64,000 bases of DNA from Victivallaceae bacterium (GCA_024405675.1 JAKSOH010000001.1:22748-86747), one strand, 5' to 3'. Positions 46,362 through 56,825 are shown, counted from the first letter of the stretch. Made by a program: numbers and translations. The notes: a model not told the origin generated them from the letters alone.

Positions 46362-46397
46362 GGCGCCGCGTGGAATCGGTCTCCGCGGCGTCTTTTG
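46362..46397. terminator. possible bidirectional terminator hairpin between convergent clpB and SDR genes
   Basis: CGCCGCG (46364-70) pairs with CGCGGCG (46384-90), 13-nt loop, then TCTTTT. Confidence 0.45.
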
Positions 46398-47111
46398 CTA
46401 CCGGACGGAACTTTTGTAGCTTTCTAGCGTCATGGAGAGCGAGTTGTCGATTTCCGGACAACTATTCGGAACCGGACGGCCCGAAGCCATTGCCTCGAGC
46501 TTTGCCCAGAGCAGCGGCAATGGTATCTCGAACCGATGTCCTATGACAATTCTGGACGGGTGCTCCTTTGCAAGCAGGATTTCCGCAATGCGCTCGACGA
46601 CGTCGTCGACATGGACGATCTTCAGCATTACGTCGTTGATTCGTTCCGGGCATTGGTTTCGTGCCGCGAGATGGCAGAAGGTGGAAACCACAGAGTTGTA
46701 GAACGGACGGCTTCCCGATCCAAACGCGTTTGCGATGAGAAGCGCGGTGGACGGATTGCCGGACGCCGCGAAAATGCGCTCGCACTCCCGCTTCGACGCG
46801 TGGTACGCAAGCTCCTTGTCGATGTGGGTTGTGGAGGAAAGCAGCAGCCAGGTTCCTGTTTTTCGCGTGGCCGCGACCAGCTTTCCCGCGAGACCGACAT
46901 TCACCTGGTAAAGAAAATCGCCGTCATCGTGTCTGCTGAGACCGGCGAAATGGACTATCGCGTCGCAACCACGGCATTTTTCGGCGAGAACAGCGTCGTT
47001 TTTAAAGTCGTCGCGCCCTATCGCCGTCGTCTCGAAACGTCTGTCGCCGTCCAGTAGTCCGAGGAGATGGCTCCCCAGGAATCCGGAGCACCCGGTGATG
47101 CCGACTTTCAT
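46398..47111 (-). CDS. NAD(P)-dependent epimerase/dehydratase-like (atypical SDR) protein
   Basis: Start at ATG 47111, overlapping the ribF stop (ATGA). Rossmann GCSGFLG and catalytic YHASK (YxxxK). Confidence 0.7.
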   Translation of the reverse strand: MKVGITGCSGFLGSHLLGLLDGDRRFETTAIGRDDFKNDAVLAEKCRGCDAIVHFAGLSRHDDGDFLYQVNVGLAGKLVAATRKTGTWLLLSSTTHIDKELAYHASKRECERIFAASGNPSTALLIANAFGSGSRPFYNSVVSTFCHLAARNQCPERINDVMLKIVHVDDVVERIAEILLAKEHPSRIVIGHRFEIPLPLLWAKLEAMASGRPVPNSCPEIDNSLSMTLESYKSSVR

Positions 47112-48031
47112 TTCTTCGCGTCCTCTGTCGCCGCCGCGATGTCTTGTGCGATCTGCCATTTGAGTTCATCGATTGACGAGAACATCTTCTCGTCCCGTAG
47201 GCGTCGGATGATTTCAAGTTCCAACGCATGTCCATATATATCGCCGGAAAACCCGACAATGTGCGCTTCGACAACGCTTTTCGAGTTGTTGCGCCGAAAT
47301 GTCGGTGCCCTGCCGATGTCCAGGGCCACAGGATAGCGTTTGCCGAAGATTGTCGTCGCCGCGGTGTAGACTCCATCCGGAGGGATGACGCCGTATCTCA
47401 CGTCGAGATTTGCGGTAGGCGTATTCATCTCGCGGGCTCCGGCAGCATATCCATGCACGACCTCACCGAATAGCATGGGATTTCCTCCAAGCATCGTTCT
47501 CGCGGAATCTATTTCTCCGCAGGCCATGGCCGTCCTGATTTCGGTCGAGCTGATAATCCGTTCGTCGAGCATTTCCTCGCTGACCGGACAGAAGGAGACA
47601 CCGCGTTTGGCGCACCACCGCGTGAGAATCTTCGAATCTCCATACCCGCCCTTTCCGAATCTCCACCGGCTGCCGACGCAGATGCCCCTTGTTTCGAAAA
47701 GTTCGCATTCCGCCAGGCGGTCGAGAAATTCCTCCGCCGGAAGCTCCGCGACTTCCCTGGTGAATCGCACCACCGCGACTCCGCTCGCCCCGGCTGCGAG
47801 CAGTCGTTTCATTCTGACATCCTCCGGTACGAGAATCGCCGGCGGCTTTCCGGAAACAACGGAACGGGGGTGGGGCGAGAAAGTGACGGCCACCGGAATC
47901 GCGCCGGATTTTCCGGCCAGTACTGTCGCTTCGGCGACTATCTTCCTATGCCCGATGTGAACGGCGTCGAAGACACCTATTCCAAGTACCGCAGGGAATC
48001 GGCCCGAGACGTTTTCCGGCGTCGCCGGCAT
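47108..48031 (-). CDS. ribF: bifunctional riboflavin kinase / FMN adenylyltransferase
   Basis: Motifs GIGVFDAVHIGH and PTANL..., plus a C-terminal riboflavin kinase domain (VEAHIVGFSGDIYG..LE). First ATG at 48031; the tracked start 48052 is TTG. Confidence 0.9.
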   Translation of the reverse strand: MPATPENVSGRFPAVLGIGVFDAVHIGHRKIVAEATVLAGKSGAIPVAVTFSPHPRSVVSGKPPAILVPEDVRMKRLLAAGASGVAVVRFTREVAELPAEEFLDRLAECELFETRGICVGSRWRFGKGGYGDSKILTRWCAKRGVSFCPVSEEMLDERIISSTEIRTAMACGEIDSARTMLGGNPMLFGEVVHGYAAGAREMNTPTANLDVRYGVIPPDGVYTAATTIFGKRYPVALDIGRAPTFRRNNSKSVVEAHIVGFSGDIYGHALELEIIRRLRDEKMFSSIDELKWQIAQDIAAATEDAKK

Positions 48032-48054
48032 ATCTATTTCAAGCGTACGCAAAA

Positions 48055-48083
48055 TTGAAAATCCATGGTGAAAATGTTATATT
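48055..48083 (+). promoter_or_regulatory. putative sigma70 promoter for coaD (TTGAAA-N17-TATATT, extended TGt)
   Basis: TTGAAA at 48055-48060 and TGTTATATT at 48075-48083. A second perfect TATAAT lies at 48097-48102. Confidence 0.5.
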
Positions 48084-48145
48084 CTTTGCAACCGGCTATA
48101 ATATACCGCGCACATCTGGTTTTAACATTCTGCAACGGTGCTTCG

Positions 48146-48625
48146 ATGAAAAGAGTGCTTTATCCCGGATCGTTCGATCCATTTACCAACGGACATCTCG
48201 ACCTGGTCAGGCGGGCATGTAAGCTTTTCGACGAGGTCATCGTCGGCGTGGCCGTGAACTCCGGCAAGAGTCCCATGTTCGACATGGAGGAGCGCAAGAG
48301 CCTGATAGAGCAGAGTTGCGCCGGCATGCCGCAGGTCCGCGTCGTCACTATATCCGGACTGATGAGCAAGGCGATCAAGCAATTCGACGCACAGGCGCTT
48401 CTTCGCGGACTGCGCGTTTTCTCCGACTACGAGTACGAGTTGCAGATGGCACTGGCAAACCGCAGCCTGGAACCGGACTGCGAGACGATATTCATGAATC
48501 CGACGCACCAGAATTCCTTCATTTCCTCGAGCTTGGTCAAGGAAATCGCCGGGCTGGGCGGCGACATTTCCGAATACGTACCGCCGGCGGTTGCCTCGGC
48601 TGTCTACGCCAAGGCCGGTAAGTAG
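48146..48625 (+). CDS. coaD: pantetheine-phosphate adenylyltransferase
   Basis: Start at ATG 48146. Canonical [14 protein letters not shown], plus RGLR..SD.EYE and ISSSLVKEI. Confidence 0.9.
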   Translation: MKRVLYPGSFDPFTNGHLDLVRRACKLFDEVIVGVAVNSGKSPMFDMEERKSLIEQSCAGMPQVRVVTISGLMSKAIKQFDAQALLRGLRVFSDYEYELQMALANRSLEPDCETIFMNPTHQNSFISSSLVKEIAGLGGDISEYVPPAVASAVYAKAGK

Positions 48626-48755
48626 GGATCGTCGGACTCCCGGTTGCGTCGTTTCTTGTGGAATTGAAACGACCTGCGAATTATATTACTATCCAAATGG
48701 ATTATCAATGTGGTCTTTTTGTGTCCATAGACAAACAACAAGAGGGGAATGTCAA

Positions 48756-50597
48756 ATGATCAAGCAGTTGAATGCCGTGCCGACCGCGAACAGCAAGCTC
48801 GTCGAGTGGGTTAACCACTGGGCGGAAATCTGCCAGCCGGAAGGCGTGTACTGGTGCAACGGAAGCCGCGAGGAATACGATCGGCTTTGTAACGAGATGG
48901 TCGAGAGCGGTCTCGCCATACGTCTGAATCCGGCGAAGCGTCCGAACTCGCTTTTGTTTCGCTCCGATCCGAGCGACGTGGCCCGCGTCGAGGCCCGCAC
49001 CTTTATTGCCTCGGTCAAGAAGGAGGACGCCGGCCCGACCAACAACTGGATCGACCCCGTCGAGCTCAAGAAGACCATGCTCGGTCTCTACACCGGATGC
49101 ATGGCCGGCCGCATCATGTACGTTATCCCGTTTTCCATGGGGCCGGTCGGAAGTCCCATCGCCAAGATTGGCGTCGAACTGACTGACAGCCCGTACGTCG
49201 TCATCAACATGGAAGTCATGACCCGCGTCGGAACCAAGGTCCTCGAGGTTCTCGGCGACGGCGAATTCGTGCCATGCGTCCACTCCGTCGGCAAACCGCT
49301 CGCCCCGGGCGAGTCTGATCACGGTATCTGGCCGTGCGCCCCGATGGAGAAGAAGTACATCGCCCAGTTTCCGGAGACCAGGGAAATCTGGTCGTTCGGA
49401 TCCGGATACGGCGGTAACGCCCTCCTCGGCAAGAAATGCCTGGCGTTGCGCATTGCCACCGTCCAGGCCCGCGACGAGGGCTGGATGGCCGAGCACATGC
49501 TCATCCTCAAGCTCACAAATCCGGAGGGCCGTGTCAAGTATGTCACCGGCGCTTTCCCGTCTGCCTGCGGCAAGACCAATCTCGCCATGCTCATCCCGAC
49601 TCTTCCCGGTTGGAAGGTCGAGACAGTTGGAGACGATATCGCTTGGATGAAGTTCGACAAGGACGGCAACCTGCGCGCCATCAACCCGGAGGCCGGATTC
49701 TTCGGCGTAGCTCCGGGAACCAGCATGAAATCCAACAAGAACGCCATGCTGTCTTGCGCCAAGGACACCATTTTCACGAACGTCGCGCTCACCGACGACG
49801 GCGATGTGTGGTGGGAGGGAATCGGCTATGACGCCCCGGAACATCTCATCGACTGGAAGGGCAACGATTGGAAGCCCGGACAGGTCGACGCCGACGGCAA
49901 GCCGGTCAAGGCGGCCCATCCGAACGCACGTTTCACCGCTCGCGCCAACAATTGTCCGGTGATCGCCGACGAGTGGGAAGATCCCCAGGGTGTGCCGATT
50001 TCCGCGTTCCTCTTCGGTGGCCGCCGTCCTTCGACGCTTCCGCTGGTTTACCAGGCAAAGGACTGGGAGCACGGCGTGTTCATTGGATCAACCGTAGGCA
50101 GCGAAGTGACCGCCGCGACGCTAGATGTCAAGGTCGGCACGGTTCGCCGCGACCCGTTCGCCATGTTGCCGTTCTGCGGCTACAACATGGGTGACTACTT
50201 CGCCCACTGGCTGGACATCGGCAAGAAGGGCGCCGCCCAGGGCAACCTGCCGAAGATCTTCTGCGTCAACTGGTTCCGCAAAAGCGCCGACGGCCGCTTC
50301 ATGTGGCCCGGATTCGGCGACAACAGCCGCGTTCTCGCTTGGGTCTTCGCTCGCTGCGAAGGAAAGGGAGATTTCAAGGATACTGCAATCGGCATCATGC
50401 CGACGGAGGACGCCATTGACCGGACCGGAATCGAGAACGAGGTCAGCGACGAGGATATCAAGCAGCTGCTTTCCGTCGATGTCGAGGGCTGGAAGAAGGA
50501 GCTCGCCATGATCGACGAGCATTACGCCAAGTTCGGAAGCCATCTGCCGGAAGCGCTCAAGAAGCAGCTTGACGCTCTCAAGGCCCGCCTGGCCTAG
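48756..50597 (+). CDS. pckG: phosphoenolpyruvate carboxykinase (GTP)
   Basis: Start at ATG 48756 (GAGGGG upstream). GTP-PEPCK motifs: [13 protein letters not shown] (kinase-1a), GDDIAWM, PNARFT, NWFRK. Confidence 0.95.
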   Translation: MIKQLNAVPTANSKLVEWVNHWAEICQPEGVYWCNGSREEYDRLCNEMVESGLAIRLNPAKRPNSLLFRSDPSDVARVEARTFIASVKKEDAGPTNNWIDPVELKKTMLGLYTGCMAGRIMYVIPFSMGPVGSPIAKIGVELTDSPYVVINMEVMTRVGTKVLEVLGDGEFVPCVHSVGKPLAPGESDHGIWPCAPMEKKYIAQFPETREIWSFGSGYGGNALLGKKCLALRIATVQARDEGWMAEHMLILKLTNPEGRVKYVTGAFPSACGKTNLAMLIPTLPGWKVETVGDDIAWMKFDKDGNLRAINPEAGFFGVAPGTSMKSNKNAMLSCAKDTIFTNVALTDDGDVWWEGIGYDAPEHLIDWKGNDWKPGQVDADGKPVKAAHPNARFTARANNCPVIADEWEDPQGVPISAFLFGGRRPSTLPLVYQAKDWEHGVFIGSTVGSEVTAATLDVKVGTVRRDPFAMLPFCGYNMGDYFAHWLDIGKKGAAQGNLPKIFCVNWFRKSADGRFMWPGFGDNSRVLAWVFARCEGKGDFKDTAIGIMPTEDAIDRTGIENEVSDEDIKQLLSVDVEGWKKELAMIDEHYAKFGSHLPEALKKQLDALKARLA

Positions 50598-50611
50598 TCC
50601 GAACTGGTGGT

Positions 50612-50640
50612 CGCCGGGACGTCCGCGTCCCGGTGTTCCT
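50612..50640 (+). terminator. weak hairpin between pckG and glnS (possible attenuator/terminator)
   Basis: CCGGGACG (50614-21) pairs with CGTCCCGG (50626-33), 4-nt loop. Followed by TGTTCCT, so only a poor U-tract. Confidence 0.3.
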
Positions 50641-50676
50641 GCTAACGAAGTGGTCTTGCCAACAGGAGGAGAAGAT

Positions 50677-52374
50677 ATGGCGGACGACAAGACGACCGGC
50701 AACGTTTCCGCCGGCGGAGTCGATTTCATCCGCGAGATAGTCATGGCCGACCTTGCGGCCGGCAACAACGGCGGCAAGATCATAACCCGTTTCCCGCCAG
50801 AGCCGAACGGCTATCTCCACATCGGGCATTCCAAGGCGATTTGCCTCGACTTCGGCATCGCGTCCGAGTTCGGCGGGAAGTGCAATCTGCGTTTCGACGA
50901 CACGAATCCCGAGAAAGAGGACGTCGAGTACGAACAGAGCATCATCAACGACGTTCGCTACCTCGGCTTCGAACCGGCCGGCATCTACTATGCCAGCGAT
51001 TATTTCGACCGCATGTACGAATGTGCGAAAGAGCTCATCCGACGGGGGCTCGCCTATGTTTGCGACCTTTCGGCCGATGAATGGAAGCAGTATCTCGGGG
51101 ACCTTGTGGTTCCAGGTCGCGAATCTCCCGGCCGCAAGCGCACCGTGGAGGAGAACCTCGACCTTTTCGAGCGCATGAAGAACGGCGAGTTCGCCGATGG
51201 CGAGAAGGTGCTCCGCGCCAGGATCGATATGGCGTCGCCCAACATCAACATGCGCGACCCGGTCATCTACCGCATTCGCCATGCCAGCCATTTCAGGCAC
51301 GGCGACAAGTGGTGCATCTACCCGATGTACGACTATGCGCACCCGCTCGAGGACGCCTTCGAGGGAGTCACGCATAGTTTCTGCACTCTTGAATTCGAAA
51401 TACACCGTCCGCTTTACGACTGGGTGCTGGAATCGCTCGGATATAAGGAGGATGCGCGTCCTCACCAGATCGAGTTCTCGCGTCTTAATCTCTCCTATAC
51501 TGTGATGAGCAAGCGCAAGCTGCTCCAGCTGGTCAAGGAAAAATACGTTTCCGGATGGGACGATCCGCGTATGCCGACCATATGCGGAATGCGCCGCCGC
51601 GGCGTTCCGGCCGCGGCCTTGCGCCGGATGAACAGGATTGTAGGTATCACAAAATACGACGGCGTCACGGATGTCGCTTTGCTCGAGCATTGCGTGCGAG
51701 AGGAACTCAACTCCTCCTGCCGTCGCTACATGGCGGTGTTGGATCCGCTGCCGGTCAGGATCGTGAACTATCCGGACAACGGTGTGGAGCCGCTGGATGC
51801 GGTCAACAATCCCGAGGACGAGTCGGCCGGAGTCCGCAAGCTGGAATTCGGCCCGGAACTCTACATCGAGCGCAGCGACTTCATGATGGAGCCGCCCAAG
51901 GGCTATTTCCGTTTGTCCCCCGGTAGCGAGGTTCGCCTGCGCTACGGGTATTATCTTACGTGCGTAAAGGCCAATGTCGACGCAGACGGCAAGGTGACTT
52001 CGCTGGAGTGCACCATAGATCCGGAAAGCCGCGGCGGAACATCTCCGGACGGACGCAAGGTCAAGGGCACCATCCATTGGGTGAACGCGGCGACCGCTGT
52101 CAAGGCGGAGATTCGCCTCTACGACCGTCTGTTCAGCGTTGAGGCCCCCGGTGCCGGCGGCGTTGATTTTCTGACACAGCTCAATCCCGATAGTTTCAAG
52201 AAGATAACCGGATATGTCGAACCGGCCTTGGCTGAGGTTCCCACGGGAACTGCGGTGCAGTTCGAACGCACCGGCTATTTCGCCGTCGATCCCGATGGCT
52301 GTTCGGCCGCTCCCGTGTTCAATCGCACGGTCGGTTTGAAAGATGCTTGGAACAAGCAGAACAAGGGAAAGTAA
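50677..52374 (+). CDS. glnS: glutaminyl-tRNA synthetase
   Basis: Start at ATG 50677 (AGGAGGAG upstream). FIREIV...[19 protein letters not shown] (HIGH) and VMSKRK (KMSKS). GlnRS-type anticodon-binding C-terminal domain. Confidence 0.95.
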   Translation: MADDKTTGNVSAGGVDFIREIVMADLAAGNNGGKIITRFPPEPNGYLHIGHSKAICLDFGIASEFGGKCNLRFDDTNPEKEDVEYEQSIINDVRYLGFEPAGIYYASDYFDRMYECAKELIRRGLAYVCDLSADEWKQYLGDLVVPGRESPGRKRTVEENLDLFERMKNGEFADGEKVLRARIDMASPNINMRDPVIYRIRHASHFRHGDKWCIYPMYDYAHPLEDAFEGVTHSFCTLEFEIHRPLYDWVLESLGYKEDARPHQIEFSRLNLSYTVMSKRKLLQLVKEKYVSGWDDPRMPTICGMRRRGVPAAALRRMNRIVGITKYDGVTDVALLEHCVREELNSSCRRYMAVLDPLPVRIVNYPDNGVEPLDAVNNPEDESAGVRKLEFGPELYIERSDFMMEPPKGYFRLSPGSEVRLRYGYYLTCVKANVDADGKVTSLECTIDPESRGGTSPDGRKVKGTIHWVNAATAVKAEIRLYDRLFSVEAPGAGGVDFLTQLNPDSFKKITGYVEPALAEVPTGTAVQFERTGYFAVDPDGCSAAPVFNRTVGLKDAWNKQNKGK

Positions 52375-52375
52375 A

Positions 52376-52948
52376 ATGAACCTTCACCGGGCGTCGCTGA
52401 TGTCGAAGACAAGTCTCGTCATGGTCATGATAGTCGTTTGCTGCGTGGCGCCTGGAGGCGTACTCAAGGCGGTTCCGGCTTCGGCCGCCGTGGCGAATCA
52501 GGTTGTTTCCGCACCGACATCGACGGCTGGAGTCGAAATGGTTCAGCAGGAGTTCACGCAGCACGATCTGAGACGCTGGGCCAAGAGCGGACTGGAGCGG
52601 GCAGGACGGCGCCAGGAACGCGTCGGGAGCGTCACGATTGTGGGGAAGTTTCCCGACGGCAGCTATGTCGTGGACGTGATGCGCGAAGGCGGAACCGTTG
52701 TCCGCGGGCGTCTTTACAAAGATCGCGCGCGCTATAAGATTGCGTTCGACCGCTCGAATCTCGGTATTCTCGAGGTGGATGTCCGGAACCGGAACAACGG
52801 GCGACGGTCTTGCAACAATGCCGATGTCATCGTGCGCAGGGCGCTGCGGGAGACTAGTAGCGGTGCTGCATTGCATGACGACGATTATGGAAGCGAACTA
52901 TTGAATTCAACTTTGGAAACAGGAGGTTGGGCAGATGACGAATATTAA
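52376..52948 (+). CDS. hypothetical exported protein (first gene of envelope lipoprotein cluster)
   Basis: The ATG lies 1 nt after the glnS stop, with AAGGGAAAG upstream. Hydrophobic signal/anchor SLVMVMIVVCCVAPGGVL. No motif recognised. Its end overlaps the next gene by 14 nt. Confidence 0.5.
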   Translation: MNLHRASLMSKTSLVMVMIVVCCVAPGGVLKAVPASAAVANQVVSAPTSTAGVEMVQQEFTQHDLRRWAKSGLERAGRRQERVGSVTIVGKFPDGSYVVDVMREGGTVVRGRLYKDRARYKIAFDRSNLGILEVDVRNRNNGRRSCNNADVIVRRALRETSSGAALHDDDYGSELLNSTLETGGWADDEY

Positions 52949-53960
52949 GTTTACGCTATCGGCGCTGGCGCTGTTGTCATTCGCGGCAATGGGCGCGGAT
53001 GCGCCATCCGTGCAACCCGCTCCGGCGGAGCAGTCCGCAAAAACAAACGTCCAGACGTCGGCACCGGTTGAGTCCGCGCAACAGCCGGTCGCCGCTCCTG
53101 CCGCGTCCGGTGATGCTGCTAAGACGGAGCAGTCCGCTTCTCCTGCCGGGACCAGCGCCTCGGCGCAGCCGGTTGAATCACCGGAACCCCCGGCTCCTCC
53201 AGAGCCTCCGGAATCGGCGATGCCGAGGGTCGCGGTGTTCCCGTTTTCCTGCATCGACATTCAGGGGCTCAATCTCAGCCGGTTCACCGACCGCATCGAA
53301 CCCAATCGTCGTTCTCAGGAAACGTTGGCAGAGACTGAGCGCGATCGCATGACGATCGACGAGAAGATGCTTGGAACCGTGCGCTCCATCGATGTGCGCG
53401 ACGAAGCGGACTATCGTCGGAACCTGAGAACCAGGCTCAACCGCGAAAACGACCGCAATCTTGCAAGGCAGCTCGAGATATACGACAAGATCGTCCAGTC
53501 GTCGTCCAGGACGATGGTCATCGGTGCCGAATATATGGAGGCCGAGCTCGGCCGCTACGACACCGTGGAGGTGGTTGATTCGTCATCCGTCCGCAAGGCG
53601 TTCTCCGAGATGAGGAACATCCAGGCCGGCGGACGCGTGCAGTGGTCCGATTTCAACGCCGTCGGCGCCACCCACATTCTCTATGGAATCGTCGCCGACA
53701 TGCGTACCGAGAGCAAACAGTTCTCCGGATACGGCGCCACCACCATAACGAACATTTATTCGCTTGACGTTCTCTTCAAGCTGGTGAACATCAGGACCGG
53801 TCAGGTCGATTTCTCCGGAGTCTACACCGGACATGACCGCGTGTTCCAGACCGAATATCTTTCCCAGATGGATAGCGACCGCTTCGGCAAGCTTATGAAG
53901 GACGCAGTCGCCCAGGCCGCTGCCGCCATTGACAGTAAATTCGAAAAGGAGAAGAAGTAA
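52935..53960 (+). CDS. exported CsgG/LpoB-like alpha-beta module protein with Pro/Ala/Ser-rich linker and charged insertion
   Basis: AGGAGG RBS. Signal peptide (SFAAMGA-DA). About 85 aa of low-complexity P/A/S/Q linker. CsgG-family-like pattern follows: RVAVFPF ... EAELGRYDTVEVVDSSSV ... GATHILYGIVADM ... LDVLFKLVNIRTGQV. Confidence 0.55.
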   Translation: MTNIKFTLSALALLSFAAMGADAPSVQPAPAEQSAKTNVQTSAPVESAQQPVAAPAASGDAAKTEQSASPAGTSASAQPVESPEPPAPPEPPESAMPRVAVFPFSCIDIQGLNLSRFTDRIEPNRRSQETLAETERDRMTIDEKMLGTVRSIDVRDEADYRRNLRTRLNRENDRNLARQLEIYDKIVQSSSRTMVIGAEYMEAELGRYDTVEVVDSSSVRKAFSEMRNIQAGGRVQWSDFNAVGATHILYGIVADMRTESKQFSGYGATTITNIYSLDVLFKLVNIRTGQVDFSGVYTGHDRVFQTEYLSQMDSDRFGKLMKDAVAQAAAAIDSKFEKEKK

Positions 53961-55313
53961 ATGCGTAGGATACTGACCCTTGTCGTCGCGGCATTCTGCC
54001 TTGTCTGCGGCAGCACCTCGCTTGGAGCTTTGAAGAATCCCGCCCGCAAGACGATTGCCGTCGCCGAGCCGCGCGCCCGCTCCGGAGTCAAGGCGGAGGA
54101 TGTCGCCGGCATCAGCGATTATCTCGAAAGCAAGCTCGGAGTCAAGTACGACGTCTACTCTAGGGCTTCGCTTAACGAAATGCTCAAGGAGGAGGCGTTC
54201 AACAATTCCGGAATGGTGCTTGACGACGCGACCAAGCAGCAGCTTGCCCAGGTCGCCGTCGACTACTTGCTGTCCTACTCGATTACCGCGAGCGGCGGAC
54301 GCATAACGATGACCATCACCGTCATCAATCGCGCCACCGGCGCCGTGATTCCCGGCGGAAGATCGAGCTTCTTCGCGCAGGATATCAACGGACTTTACGC
54401 CGGCATCGACGATGCGTTGAACCGCATGGGCATGCTAGACGTCGCCCAGCAACAGACCATGCGTATCGCCATCATGCCGACCAAGGGGTCTGCCACCACT
54501 TCCCCGGTGATGCTGCAGGGATTCAGCAGCAAGCTCGGGGAGTCGCTCCAGGCCTCCGGATTGTTTGAAATCGTTACCCGCACCGACCTTGAGACCATCG
54601 GAGCGGAGAGCAGCATGCTCAACAAGAGCAACGTCAACCAGGACGACCTGTACAAGATCGCTAGGCTGAACGTCGCGGATTATCTAGTCATAACGGAGCT
54701 CCCGGATTACAACAGCCGCGTGGTCGGAACTTCCGGCGGCTCGGATATCGCCGGCGCTTCTCTCAGCAGCGGCCGTCTGCAGATGTCATCCCGCACGGAA
54801 TTCCGTGTCGTCGAGGTCAAGACGGGCAAGATAATGGCCCAGGGATCTTTCCACTACGTGCTCAAGAGCACCGACATCAATGCCAGCGTGCGCCGCGACT
54901 GGGAGAAGGCCGACTACGACAATGCGTTCTGCGAGCGGGTCGCCGTCAAGGTGTCGCGAAAAATTCTCGACGCGATTGATCCCATCGTCGTCGTCGCGGT
55001 CGATGGCAATCAGGTCTATCTGTCGAGAAGTTCCGGCGTGCTGGTCGGCGAGGAATTCGAGATACGTGAGCGCGGCAAGGAAGCCGTCAACTCCATTACT
55101 GGACGCAGCCTCGGCATTCTTCCAGGGCGCAAGCTCGCAACTTGCCGTGTGACCGGAATGTCCGGCCAGATGGCCATCGCGCAACTCCTGGCAAAGCCGG
55201 TGGCGGATATTCAGGCCGGAGCCGAGTGCAAGCTAGTTGAATGGGAGACCACGGCGGATTCCGCCATGGTTCCTCAGGCTCCGGCAGCACCCGCATATCC
55301 GATGGCTTTCTAG
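53961..55313 (+). CDS. exported protein with two tandem CsgG/LpoB-like modules and a C-terminal beta-rich domain
   Basis: The ATG abuts the previous stop (taaATG). Module 1: KTIAVAEP...ISDYLESKL...VDYLLSYSIT...ITVINRATGAV. Module 2: RIAIMPT...LQASGLFEIVTRTDLE...VADYLVITEL...FRVVEVKTGKI. C-terminus VVAVDGNQVYLSRSSGVLVGEEFEI... Confidence 0.55.
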   Translation: MRRILTLVVAAFCLVCGSTSLGALKNPARKTIAVAEPRARSGVKAEDVAGISDYLESKLGVKYDVYSRASLNEMLKEEAFNNSGMVLDDATKQQLAQVAVDYLLSYSITASGGRITMTITVINRATGAVIPGGRSSFFAQDINGLYAGIDDALNRMGMLDVAQQQTMRIAIMPTKGSATTSPVMLQGFSSKLGESLQASGLFEIVTRTDLETIGAESSMLNKSNVNQDDLYKIARLNVADYLVITELPDYNSRVVGTSGGSDIAGASLSSGRLQMSSRTEFRVVEVKTGKIMAQGSFHYVLKSTDINASVRRDWEKADYDNAFCERVAVKVSRKILDAIDPIVVVAVDGNQVYLSRSSGVLVGEEFEIRERGKEAVNSITGRSLGILPGRKLATCRVTGMSGQMAIAQLLAKPVADIQAGAECKLVEWETTADSAMVPQAPAAPAYPMAF

Positions 55314-55316
55314 TTC

Positions 55317-56825
55317 ATGGCGAATCTCTATTACAAACGCTTGTTTGTCGTGGCCGGCGCCGCGGTGTTGCTATTTTTCGCCGGTTGCTATTCTATCGAT
55401 AGCAAGAAGGAACAAGAAAAGCTGGCGACGCTTTACTACGGAGGTAACATCGCAGAGGCTGCCCAACTGGCGACACAGGCTAGCAACGGACTCGCCGGAT
55501 CCAGCGATGCAGAGGCACTGCTTTGGCATCTCGAGGCGGGAAGCACGAACCTCGACGCGGGAAACATGGATGCGGCCATTGCCGCGCTGAACCGCGCCGA
55601 GAAATACATCTATTGCGTCGATGATGAGGATGTGATCTACCAGCATCCCGGCGTCTACTCCTACCGGGGGACGAGAAACGACAGACTGATGTTGCATTTG
55701 TTGAAGGGATTCTATTATCTTGCGCAGAACTCGTTCGAGGATTTTCTCGTGGAGATACGCCGGTTGCGCCGGGCGCAGTTCCGGTATGTCCACGGCGAAT
55801 CTGATCCGGCCATCGACGAATACGAAAGAAGTAAGAAAGGTGGCGCGAACGGTCTGCCGTTGCGCATGCAGCAGTTGACCGGAGACCGCAATCTCAATGC
55901 GATTTTAAGCGCCTCTGGAACCCGCGGGAAGAAGGGGGCGCTTGACGAGTATTGTCGTACCCGCCGCCATACGGAACTGCCGCTCATGTACAATCCGCTG
56001 GCTTTCTACCTGTCGGCAATCGGCTATTTCTACGACCGCGAATATCAGGACGCTAAAATCGATTTGGAGTATCTGCTCAGGATAGATCCGGATAACCGCA
56101 TATACAAGAGTGACATGGCCGCGGTTTGCCGGGCGTTGATGGAACCCCCGCCGCCGTCGGCAGCAGGCGAAGATCCGACTCCGGGAGGAAATGTCGTCTG
56201 CGTGATCTGGGCCTCGGGGCGTCCATCCGGATGGAAGAGCCGGACCGTTCGCTTTAAGCTCAATGGTTACGTTCCGTCCGAATGGACCTACAGCTATCCG
56301 GACAAGGAGAAGCTGCAGTCATCGAAGTTTTCTGCCAAATGGAAGGACGGGAAGAAGATGACGTCAGGTCATCTTGCCGACGTGTCCGAAATCGCAGGCG
56401 AGGAATACTGGCAGCTGTACTTCTCGCAGATGGTGAAATACGCCTACGAAGTGACCGAATCGACCACTGCGGCGAACAACACGGCGAAGGCCAGCCTCGC
56501 GGCAGCAATGACCATTCCCGACAAGACGGCGCGGGCGGCTGCCATCGTATCTGCGCAGGCCGCCGTCGCCGCGACCAGCAAGGCCAGCATCAAGCAGGAG
56601 GAGTGGCGGCGCTGGATAACGTTGCCGCGAAGCTATGAAATTCTCAATATCGCGTTGCCTCCGCCTTCAGCAGAACGCAAGTTGACGATTGTCCCGCCGT
56701 CTTCCGCCGGCATCAAGGAGAATCTGGAGATCAGCTTTGCGCCTAAGACCAAAAGTGCAATTGTCTACATCAGGGAAATAGGGTCCGGAAAATGCATAAT
56801 AAAAAACTGGGAAAGCAAGGAATGA
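55317..56825 (+). CDS. large lipoprotein with TPR-like helical N-terminal region (COG3014-like by context)
   Basis: Lipobox LFFAGC. Helical repeats (YYGGNIAEAAQLA, EAGSTNLDAGNMDAAIAALNRAE, LKGFYYLAQNSFEDF, YFYDREYQDAKIDLEYLLRIDPDN). Family assignment is from gene context and memory only. Confidence 0.5.
   Translation: MANLYYKRLFVVAGAAVLLFFAGCYSIDSKKEQEKLATLYYGGNIAEAAQLATQASNGLAGSSDAEALLWHLEAGSTNLDAGNMDAAIAALNRAEKYIYCVDDEDVIYQHPGVYSYRGTRNDRLMLHLLKGFYYLAQNSFEDFLVEIRRLRRAQFRYVHGESDPAIDEYERSKKGGANGLPLRMQQLTGDRNLNAILSASGTRGKKGALDEYCRTRRHTELPLMYNPLAFYLSAIGYFYDREYQDAKIDLEYLLRIDPDNRIYKSDMAAVCRALMEPPPPSAAGEDPTPGGNVVCVIWASGRPSGWKSRTVRFKLNGYVPSEWTYSYPDKEKLQSSKFSAKWKDGKKMTSGHLADVSEIAGEEYWQLYFSQMVKYAYEVTESTTAANNTAKASLAAAMTIPDKTARAAAIVSAQAAVAATSKASIKQEEWRRWITLPRSYEILNIALPPPSAERKLTIVPPSSAGIKENLEISFAPKTKSAIVYIREIGSGKCIIKNWESKE

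Noticed and set aside
48637-48675. Hairpin GTCGTTTC-N10-GAAACGAC after coaD as a terminator
   Set aside because: The 8-bp stem is real but no U-tract follows. I left it unannotated. It could be a weak terminator or an RNA processing element.
48705-50072. 455-aa ORF antisense to pckG. Similar long antisense ORFs lie at 50578-52077 (opposite glnS), 58848-60242 and 61587-62957 (opposite the ceramidase-like and DegT genes), 24472-25686 (opposite hrpB), 36221-37306 (opposite btuC), 39899-40918 (opposite metH), 6338-7228 and 8474-9280.
   Set aside because: The sense strands carry unambiguous conserved-family motifs. The antisense translations are Arg/Gly/Val/His-rich with no motifs. This is the usual shadow-ORF effect of GC-rich third positions. 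I saw no RBS or start evidence.
52995-53235. Repetitive-looking GC-rich stretch in the first CsgG-like gene
   Set aside because: It is coding low complexity (a Pro/Ala/Ser/Gln linker) with no exact nucleotide periodicity. It is not a tandem repeat or a CRISPR-like array.
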